From: an uncultured Nitrososphaerota archaeon
Lineage (GTDB): Archaea; Korarchaeota; Korarchaeia; Korarchaeales; Korarchaeaceae
Direction: 5' to 3'
Length of the DNA: 32,000 nucleotides
NCBI GenBank assembly: GCA_964480775.1
Contig: CAYZRF010000015.1
Coordinates: 15,359 to 47,358 of the forward strand
This document shows, in pieces, positions 25,781 to 32,000 of this stretch (positions are counted from its first letter, which is position 1; every line of letters begins with the position of its first letter). A model generated the notes under the pieces. It was not told the origin of the DNA, ran no database searches, and was given only the letters and a program-made list of their open reading frames with translations. The position numbers and the translations under genes are program-made.

Positions 25781-26514
25781 ATGGTTGAGAAGAAAGAAGG
25801 TTATGCCGCGAGGCGAGCTAGACTAGTTGAAAGCTTAGTTATGCAGGGAATCATCAGGTCCGATTCTGTAAAAAGATCAGCCATGAAAGTTCCAAGAGAA
25901 AAGTTTGTTCCGTTGGGACAGAGGGAGTATGCCTATGACGATGCCCCTCTTCCGATTGGGGAGGGTCAAACCATAAGTGCGCCACACGGATCCCCTCGAG
26001 GGGATTCGGGCGAGACATGGTTTTCATGATGAACGAACTCCTTCAGTTGGAAGAGGGCATGATAGTTTTTGAGGTGGGTGCTGGGAGCGGATATCATGCA
26101 GCGACGCTGGCAGAAATAGTAGCTCCAGAGGATTTGCCCATGGAAGAGTGGGGTCACGTCTATTCGGCTGAGATAGTCAGGAATCTTGCTGTAAGAGCTT
26201 GGAGAAATATCAGGGAGGTCGGATACGCTGATAGAGTAAGCGTTCTGCACTGCGATGGAAGTTCTGGATTCCCCTTGAACATCAAAGCTGATAGAATTCT
26301 AGTAACTGCTGCGGCCCCTTCGCTCCCGAAGCCATTGATGGATCAGGTGAAAATAGGCGGAAGAATTGTTATCCCCATAGGCTTCGCTCAAGCGTTGTTC
26401 TTCGCCCAAAAACTTGTGGTCGCGGATAAGGTAGATGAGGGTAAGTTCGACGTTAGGGAGGTAGCTGACGTCGCTTTCGTACCGTTAAGAGGTAGATATG
26501 GATGGAGAGGTTAA
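25781..26514 (+). CDS. pcm: Protein-L-isoaspartate O-methyltransferase (PIMT), reading frame interrupted by a 29-nt BHB element. Exon 1 is 25781-25985 and exon 2 is 26015-26514
   Basis: The two listed ORFs (25688..26029 and 26017..26514) together cover a complete PIMT: ...PLPIGEGQTISAPH / MVFMMNELLQLEEGMIVFEVGAGSGYHAATLAEIV...FVPLRGRYGW. Removing 25986-26014 gives one 234-aa ORF (205 + 500 = 705 nt). Confidence 0.85.
25986..26014 (+). other. Candidate bulge-helix-bulge (BHB) intron within the pcm mRNA
   Basis: Outer helix h is GUG 25977-79 paired with CAU 26016-18. Central 4-bp helix is CGCC 25980-83 paired with GGCG 26009-12. The 3-nt bulges are ACA 25984-86 and AGA 26013-15. Inner helix is 9 bp (25987-95 with 26000-08) capped by a UCGA loop. 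Cleavage after the second bulge nucleotide on each strand removes exactly 29 nt and restores the frame. Confidence 0.65.
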
Positions 26515-27128
26515 TAGCTAGCGGAGCAGAGGCAAGAATTTATGAAATCGATTTCTTTGGATATTCAGCCGTCAAGAAAGTTAGAATAAAGAAGGATTAC
26601 AGGATTCCTGAATTGGACTCCCTTCTTAGGAAGAGGAGGACTTCTAAAGAGGCAAAGGCGCTTCATAGAGCCAAGAGATTTGGGATTCCCTGCCCCTCCA
26701 TTTTGGACATTCATGAGTACGAGATCATCATGGAAAAGGTTGATGGGGTTACTCTTAGAGATCAACTGCTAGAGATAGGAGATGAGGACTTGGCTATGAT
26801 CTCTAACTTGATAGGGGCTATTGTAGGTAGGCTTCACAAGGCTGGTCTGGTTCACAACGACCTCACTGGTGTGAACTTCATTCTAATGGGCCGAAATAAG
26901 GTGTGTCTCATAGACTTTGGTCTTGTTGAGTTTTCAGAAGATTACGAGGATAGAGCGGTAGATTTACATGTATTCAAGCAATCCGTTGCTGCTGTAGATC
27001 CTAGAAGGCTCGATTTTATAATGGATAGGTTCATTGAAGGTTATTCCAGGGAGTTGGGTGAGAAATCTAAGGAAGTATTAGCTAGACTAAAGAACATAGA
27101 GAGGAGAGGAAGGTATAAAACGAGGTGA
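26502..27128 (+). CDS. bud32: KEOPS-complex kinase Bud32 (PRPK-like atypical small kinase)
   Basis: 208 aa. GAEARIY...AVKKVRIKK, catalytic HNDLTGVNFIL and LIDFGL. The small size is typical of archaeal Bud32. It overlaps the pcm 3' end by 13 nt. Confidence 0.85.
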   Translation: MERLIASGAEARIYEIDFFGYSAVKKVRIKKDYRIPELDSLLRKRRTSKEAKALHRAKRFGIPCPSILDIHEYEIIMEKVDGVTLRDQLLEIGDEDLAMISNLIGAIVGRLHKAGLVHNDLTGVNFILMGRNKVCLIDFGLVEFSEDYEDRAVDLHVFKQSVAAVDPRRLDFIMDRFIEGYSRELGEKSKEVLARLKNIERRGRYKTR

Positions 27129-27134
27129 TGCTAT

Positions 27135-27704
27135 TTGGATAAGCTCAAATTCGTTACATCAAATCCTCACAAGTTTCGGGAAGCTGAGAGCATACTAAAA
27201 GGATATAATATCGAAGTTAGGTGGATTAACCTAAAATATCCAGAGCTTCAGGCAGATACGCTTGAAGAGATTGTTCTTCACTCTTTAAAGTGGTTGGAGA
27301 ATAAGGTCCCAAAGCCATTTTTCATTGAAGATGCTGGGTTGTTTATTCATTCTTTGAAGGGATTTCCTGGTCCTTTCTCTTCGTATGCGTACAAAACTAT
27401 AGGTAATGAAGGTATCTTGAGGCTCATGGAAGGTATAGAGGAAAGGGAAGCTACGTTTAAGTCGGTTATTGGTCTTATCATAGATGACAAGCATTATACC
27501 TTTCGCGGGGAGACGGATGGTCTTATTGCTTATTCTATTCGAGGGACTATCTGGGGATTCGATCCTATATTCGTTCCTAAGGATATGGGCGGACTTACAT
27601 ACGCTGAACTAGGCGCAAGGAAGAATTTAGTTTCTCATAGAAGGAAATCCCTTGAACTCATGGCTTCTTGGTTTACGAGAAAAGTTAAAAAAGCGCAAAA
27701 TTAA
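27135..27704 (+). CDS. Non-canonical purine NTP pyrophosphatase (Ham1/RdgB/ITPase family)
   Basis: KFVTSNPHKFREAE...EDAGLFIHSLKGFPGPFSSY...FGFDPIF...SHR are Ham1-family motifs. TTG start after AGGTGA. Confidence 0.85.
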   Translation: MDKLKFVTSNPHKFREAESILKGYNIEVRWINLKYPELQADTLEEIVLHSLKWLENKVPKPFFIEDAGLFIHSLKGFPGPFSSYAYKTIGNEGILRLMEGIEEREATFKSVIGLIIDDKHYTFRGETDGLIAYSIRGTIWGFDPIFVPKDMGGLTYAELGARKNLVSHRRKSLELMASWFTRKVKKAQN

Positions 27705-27728
27705 ATGGGATGGATTAGGTGAGTCCTT

Positions 27729-28169
27729 TTGGAAAGAGGAGAAGAAGAGGCGCACAGACACTTCTCTGGCGGGGAAAGGCCAGAATGGGTATCAATGAGC
27801 CCAGAAGACATCATCTCATTGATTGTAAAGATGGGTAGGAGAGGAGTTCCTCCAAGCCAAATCGGGATGGTTCTAAGGGATGTTTACGGAATTCCATCAG
27901 TCAGACAGGTTCTAGGGAAGAGGATAACCGAGATACTGGAGGAACAGGGCGTTGCCCAAAAGATACCAGAGGATCTGCTTTCTCTCATGAAAAAAGCTTA
28001 TAAAATCAGAAAACATCTTGAGACCCACAGGAAAGATTTCCATTCTAAAAGAGGACTACAACTCACCGAATCTAAGATAAGGAGGCTTGTTAAATACTAT
28101 AAAAGGAATAGAAAACTTCCTGAGGATTGGAGATATGATCCAAGCATGTTAGAAATGATCATAACGTGA
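27729..28169 (+). CDS. rps15: 30S ribosomal protein S15 (uS15 / S13e type)
   Basis: PEWVSMSPEDIISLIVKMGRRGVPPSQIGMVLRDVYGIPSV...HRKDFHSKRGLQLTESKIRRLVKYYKRNRKLPEDWRYDP. TTG start after AGGTGA; the N-terminus is divergent. Confidence 0.9.
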   Translation: MERGEEEAHRHFSGGERPEWVSMSPEDIISLIVKMGRRGVPPSQIGMVLRDVYGIPSVRQVLGKRITEILEEQGVAQKIPEDLLSLMKKAYKIRKHLETHRKDFHSKRGLQLTESKIRRLVKYYKRNRKLPEDWRYDPSMLEMIIT

Positions 28170-28184
28170 GAGGGATTCTCCTAA

Positions 28185-29633
28185 ATGGAAGATTTGGATA
28201 GGGCATGGGACTCACTGAACTCAAAAGCCAAGAGAATAGCAGATCTCATTTACGACTTGGGAAAAAGCGGTCCTGTTAGGGTAATTACGCACATCGATGC
28301 AGATGGATTGTGCGCAGGTGGCTTAATTTCAAGAGCTCTAAGAAAGTTAAAGGTGCCTTTCCATCTCTCTCCTGTGAAGTTTCTAAGTAAAGATCTCATT
28401 TCTGAAATTATGTCCAAAAAGTACGGCCTATTCATATATCTAGACGTGGGAGCAGGATACCTAAACGAGATTCAGGAGGCTTTGAATTCCAACGATAAGA
28501 AAACAATCCTCATATTAGACCATCATCCACCAGTTAAAGCACAACAAAAAGAATCCTTTCACGTGTTAAATCCCTTCTATGAAGGATTAAATGGAAGTTA
28601 TGAGATTAGCGGGGCTGGAGTTGCCTACCTTGTTTACAGACACTTAGTAGGAGGAGACGATGAAAGCATTATTATGGCAATTACTGGAGCGTTGGGGGAT
28701 CAACAGGCTGGCGACAACGGTTTTTCTGGCATAAACTCCAAATTTGTTAAGATGGCGAAAGAATTAGGCTTTCTTGAGGTTAAAAGGGACTTAAGACTTT
28801 TTGGAGGCCCTGATTATCCACTAATCCCTGCTCTTCAGAGAACTTACGATTTAGTCCTCCTTGGCTTGTTTCAGGAAGCTAGAGATGCTGTAAATTTATT
28901 GGAGCGACTCAAAATACCCCTAAAAATAGAAAATAGAGCTGTAAGGCTTTCAGATTTAACTATTGAGCAAAAAAGGGAGCTTTTCAATGAAATCGTGAAG
29001 CAAATTGTCTCTAAGGGGGAAAGTGGCCTATCTGCACTTACAAATCTTTTTGGAGAGGTTTATCTCGCGGTTTCAGAGCCAGTTGGTTCACCAGCTAGGG
29101 AACTAAATGGTCTCTCAACCCTTCTAAATGCTTGTGGTAGGATGGGAAGGCCTGATCTTGGCATTGCTTTAGCAATGGGCTTCAGAGGGCAAGTTCTGGA
29201 GTCAGCTCTGCAAACCTTATCCGACTACAGGAAGACACTAGCAAGGGTATTAGCTCAGATCATGGAAGACTCTGGTAAGATAACTAGGAAAGAGGGGAAA
29301 ATACTCTTTTTGTTAGGAGAGGAGGAGATTAAGGACACTATGATAGGCACCATAACATCAATCATGGCAAGAAGCAGGTTTTCAAAGGAATTTCTCATGG
29401 TAATCGGTCTAGCAAAGAGCGATACTGCTGTAAAAATATCTGCGAGGCTAACAGAAGGAGGAATTAAGGCTGGAATAAACTTAGATCATCTGATGAGGAA
29501 GAGTTGCGTCAGAGTAGGTGGGATTGGAGGCGGGCATGCCCATGCCGCTGGTGGTTATGTCCCTGAAGGCAAGGAAGAAAACTTCATTCAATCTGTCTTA
29601 AATTGTTTATACGAGGCCAAGGCTCTCGAGTAG
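28185..29633 (+). CDS. DHH/DHHA1 phosphoesterase, archaeal RecJ/Cdc45-like (GAN-type)
   Basis: DHH motifs ITHIDADGLCAG, YLDVG and LDHH, plus DHHA1 GGGHAHAAGG. The rps15-recJ-like adjacency is a conserved archaeal arrangement. Confidence 0.8.
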   Translation: MEDLDRAWDSLNSKAKRIADLIYDLGKSGPVRVITHIDADGLCAGGLISRALRKLKVPFHLSPVKFLSKDLISEIMSKKYGLFIYLDVGAGYLNEIQEALNSNDKKTILILDHHPPVKAQQKESFHVLNPFYEGLNGSYEISGAGVAYLVYRHLVGGDDESIIMAITGALGDQQAGDNGFSGINSKFVKMAKELGFLEVKRDLRLFGGPDYPLIPALQRTYDLVLLGLFQEARDAVNLLERLKIPLKIENRAVRLSDLTIEQKRELFNEIVKQIVSKGESGLSALTNLFGEVYLAVSEPVGSPARELNGLSTLLNACGRMGRPDLGIALAMGFRGQVLESALQTLSDYRKTLARVLAQIMEDSGKITRKEGKILFLLGEEEIKDTMIGTITSIMARSRFSKEFLMVIGLAKSDTAVKISARLTEGGIKAGINLDHLMRKSCVRVGGIGGGHAHAAGGYVPEGKEENFIQSVLNCLYEAKALE

Positions 29634-29945
29634 TTGCTTGAGCTCCTTCCTGGTCTCAGACTCTTCCTTCTTATACCTCTCAAGAAGGGTTTCTGTTAGC
29701 TCTTTTCTAGATTTTAGGTCTTCCACGAGTTCTTCCTTATTTCTCTTGATAAAGACGTGTCCTGCACGCTCATATACTTCTGCACTCCCTTCAATCTTCT
29801 CCAATTTTCTCAAAGCCTCCTCCATTGATCTTAGGTCCAACTCAAGTGTGGCGATCTGATTTCTCAAGGACTCAATCTTGCTGACAAGCTCTCTATATTT
29901 TGCTTGGGCATATTGCATACTTTCATCGGACGACAATTGCATCAC
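29607..29945 (-). CDS. pfdB: Prefoldin beta subunit
   Basis: 112 aa with two coiled-coil arms flanking a beta-hairpin region (VYERAGHVFIKRNKEEL), which is the typical prefoldin-beta layout. Confidence 0.78.
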   Translation of the reverse strand: MMQLSSDESMQYAQAKYRELVSKIESLRNQIATLELDLRSMEEALRKLEKIEGSAEVYERAGHVFIKRNKEELVEDLKSRKELTETLLERYKKEESETRKELKQLLESLGLV

Positions 29946-29995
29946 GTGGATAGTCTTGTCTGTAGATCTTTTAATTTGATCCTTCAGATAATGGA

Positions 29996-30499
29996 CTATC
30001 GCTCAAGCTCCACCAAGGCTGACTTTTCCAGTATAATAAGCTCCTTTCTTTCTGAGCAAGATGAGAAATTTTCTAATCCAAAATCCTTTATTATGTCCTG
30101 TATAGAGCCGAATTCGTTGATTTGAACAGCTCTTAAGGTTTCACATATTTTTGCAGAAAGTTTGTCCCATTCCATCTGTTGAGCTGAGACAAGGATAGAA
30201 ACCACCTTTTCGGACCCTACTGGATTCACTTGTGCTAATGCCTTGTGAATCTGTCTCTCGCCTGTGAGGCACACTGCTATCTCTGATTCTAAGTTTCTGG
30301 TAATGTTTTTTCCCTCTCTAAATGCTCTTAGTGCCCTATATGCAGCTATTGCAGCGTGTTTTGAGGATACAACTGTAGAAGATCTGGTTATTATCAATTT
30401 AACTTCGTCTAAAATGTTTTCGGGGAGTTCCTCTAGAGGCTTAGAGAGCCTTAGAGCCATAACAGCTATGTGTCCCTCGGATGTTCGGAAAACGTCCAT
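29996..30499 (-). CDS. cgi121: KEOPS-complex subunit Cgi121
   Basis: 167 aa. EIAVCLTGERQIHKALAQ and the C-terminal ILEKSALVELER align with the ILVRASGQRQIHEAIK / LEKIALIELKK blocks I recall from M. jannaschii Cgi121. Confidence 0.68.
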   Translation of the reverse strand: MDVFRTSEGHIAVMALRLSKPLEELPENILDEVKLIITRSSTVVSSKHAAIAAYRALRAFREGKNITRNLESEIAVCLTGERQIHKALAQVNPVGSEKVVSILVSAQQMEWDKLSAKICETLRAVQINEFGSIQDIIKDFGLENFSSCSERKELIILEKSALVELER

Positions 30500-30657
30500 T
30501 TCTTACACCATAAATTTCTACTATATCTCATGGAATGGAAGATAATTGCTTATTTAGATTCTTTTTTAGGATTATTTGTTAATAAATTGAGCTACCAAGG
30601 CTTTATGGATCTGATGCATGGACCCAACAAGCTTATAGGATGTCTCGAATCCCCCTA

Positions 30658-32000
30658 ATGGGGCGCCAAATGGACATTGAACTTATAGAAGAACTCTCAT
30701 CCAACAGGATTCTTAGGACTGCGTGGTATTCCATCGTGGTCGGTTTCTTCTTTTTGTTCGTCCTGATACCTCCCATATACCTTTTTGCTTATTTAGCTGG
30801 AAGTTTTGACAAACTTCCTCTTATCCTAAGTAACCCCGAAATAGTTAAGGATATGAAGAGTGCCATAAGTTTAAGCTACGCTGTTGCCGCAACTGTCACA
30901 ATAATAGATGCAATAGCTGCCCTCCCTATGGCTTGGATTCTTTTGAAAAAGGAATTTCGTTTAAAGCGTTTTCTTGACACGTTGTTGGATCTTCCAATGG
31001 CACTACCGACATCAGCCCTTGGTTTCTCTGTAGCGATGTTCTGGCTCAAAATGACAAGTCTCAGAAGTGCTTTTTGGGGAGTAGTAGCATTGCACGTGGC
31101 AATGAGCTATCCCTACATGCTTAGAACTTTAATAGCTTCCTTAAAGGCCGTGAAATCTCAATATGAGATTGCTGCCCGCACTCTAGGCGCCCATCCTTTC
31201 ACGGTGGCTAGAACAGTTACTCTTCCTATTGCAAAACCCGGCATAATCGCTGGGAGCATTCTTTGTTTTGCGAAAAGCTTGAGTGAAACTGGAGGAACTG
31301 CAGTAACCCTTTCAATAATAGGAGCAATAGAACGGACGGGTCCCGTTCTTATTAAGGCTTGGAAATCAGCTGAAACGCAAACTGAGGTTTTTTTCCTAGC
31401 AGGAGGCATCCTAAGTGCTATATTGATCATTTCATCCTTGGTCGTTTTGTACTCTTTTAGGATGCTAGCTTCTAGGTGGAAACTACCCATAAAGAGGATA
31501 TGGTCTTGGGAGAGGAGGATAAGTCGAAGGCCGTTTACCTCTATTAGAGATTTTCTGTCGATATTTTTCTCTATATTTTTTGTTCTCATTCCTTCAATGT
31601 TCATAGCTCTTTTTCCCCTTTGGTTGAATGTTGAGGGAGTTCCTAGAGGTCTTTTTTCTGCGATCTGGAACTCAGTCCTAATAGCTTTGATAACTACGCT
31701 GATAAACCTATTTACTGGGGTACCGCTCTCAATCTTGATAGCACGCTCTAAATCCCCCGCTGTAGCAAGCTTACTTGATGCTCTAGTTAACATCCCCCTT
31801 ATAGTTCCCACAACAGCCTTAGGATTTTCAATATCTCTTTTCTGGAGTAGAGGGATTGCTCTAGGTCTCTCCGACCTATCTGTGATCTCTTTAGCCCACA
31901 TATCTTTTACCCAACCATTGCTGGTAAGAAACGTGATAGCATCGCTTGAACAGTTAGATCCATCCTTAGAAGACACTGCAAGAACGCTTGGCGCAAATCC
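30658..32000 (+). CDS. ABC transporter permease with two fused MetI-like transmembrane domains (FbpB/ThiP-type), 3'-truncated by the window edge
   Basis: Open frame from ATG 30658 to the window end, so it is not in the supplied track. It is strongly hydrophobic and carries two EAA-type loops: YEIAARTLGAHPFTVARTVTLPIAKPG and LEDTARTLGAN... Confidence 0.75.
   Translation, partial: MGRQMDIELIEELSSNRILRTAWYSIVVGFFFLFVLIPPIYLFAYLAGSFDKLPLILSNPEIVKDMKSAISLSYAVAATVTIIDAIAALPMAWILLKKEFRLKRFLDTLLDLPMALPTSALGFSVAMFWLKMTSLRSAFWGVVALHVAMSYPYMLRTLIASLKAVKSQYEIAARTLGAHPFTVARTVTLPIAKPGIIAGSILCFAKSLSETGGTAVTLSIIGAIERTGPVLIKAWKSAETQTEVFFLAGGILSAILIISSLVVLYSFRMLASRWKLPIKRIWSWERRISRRPFTSIRDFLSIFFSIFFVLIPSMFIALFPLWLNVEGVPRGLFSAIWNSVLIALITTLINLFTGVPLSILIARSKSPAVASLLDALVNIPLIVPTTALGFSISLFWSRGIALGLSDLSVISLAHISFTQPLLVRNVIASLEQLDPSLEDTARTLGAN

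Noticed and set aside
25986-26014. Interpreting the interrupted pcm as a decaying pseudogene, or the 29 nt as a cloning or assembly artefact (it contains BamHI GGATCC and XhoI CTCGAG sites)
   Set aside because: I did not adopt this as the primary reading. Both halves of the gene are otherwise intact and conserved. The element plus native flanks forms an exact 3-4-3 bulge-helix-bulge whose predicted cuts restore the frame to the nucleotide. The artefact possibility still needs checking at read level.
27719-27790. Possible frameshift at the 5' end of rps15: an alternative frame from GTG 27719 reads GKRRRRG, which resembles the basic S15 N-terminus
   Set aside because: The TTG-27729 frame runs uninterrupted into the conserved PEWV...MIGMVLRD body and has an AGGTGA motif 7 nt upstream. 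The alternative frame terminates after about 40 codons. A divergent N-terminus is the simpler explanation.
29607-29633. 27-nt convergent overlap between the RecJ-like gene and prefoldin beta
   Set aside because: Short 3'-3' overlaps also occur at 10776-10783 and 13182-13187. This reflects general genome compaction rather than a specific regulatory feature.
31158-31976. 272-aa ORF on the minus strand
   Set aside because: It is antisense to a strongly hydrophobic plus-strand frame that stays open from 30658 to the window end and carries two ABC-permease EAA loops. The minus-strand product has no recognisable motifs, so it is a shadow ORF.
1-32000. Search for CRISPR repeats, IS/transposase genes, integrases, toxin-antitoxin pairs or known defence genes
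   Set aside because: By eye I found no periodic direct repeats, no terminal inverted repeats flanking genes, and no ORF with transposase, integrase, Cas or restriction-enzyme signatures. The window is core housekeeping sequence.

Overview
This is a dense archaeal housekeeping region with about 45 protein genes and 7 tRNA genes. I found no CRISPR array, IS element, prophage or obvious defence island. The core is a ribosomal protein and RNA polymerase cluster: tRNA-Ser, S13, S4, S11, an orphan ORF, RpoD, tRNA-Leu, L18e, L13, S9. It is followed by aIF5A, Pus10, L21e, RpoF and DUF655. Other genes include TFE, isopentenyl phosphate kinase, a PIN-domain ATPase, NMN adenylyltransferase, a nitrilase-family hydrolase, a Nudix protein, a DUF1998-type helicase overlapping a radical-SAM gene, aRF1, HisRS, aEF-1beta with its zinc-ribbon partner, FEN1, Pth2, PIMT, Bud32, ITPase, S15, a RecJ/GAN-like DHH protein, prefoldin beta, Cgi121, and the start of a fused two-domain ABC permease. 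Internal genes carry GGTGA/GGAGG Shine-Dalgarno-like motifs, many genes overlap by a few bases, and GTG/TTG starts are common. Five of the seven tRNAs carry introns, one at a non-canonical position, which points to a TACK/Thermoproteota- or Korarchaeota-like lineage; the exact taxon cannot be determined from the sequence alone. Two observations stand out. (1) The pcm (PIMT) gene is interrupted by a 29-nt element that folds into a textbook bulge-helix-bulge motif. Its predicted endonuclease cleavage sites restore the reading frame and the conserved ISAPH-MV motif exactly, so it is a candidate tRNA-type intron in an mRNA. (2) The only aRF1 gene in the window encodes GGW in place of the universal catalytic GGQ, and NIKD in place of NIKS.
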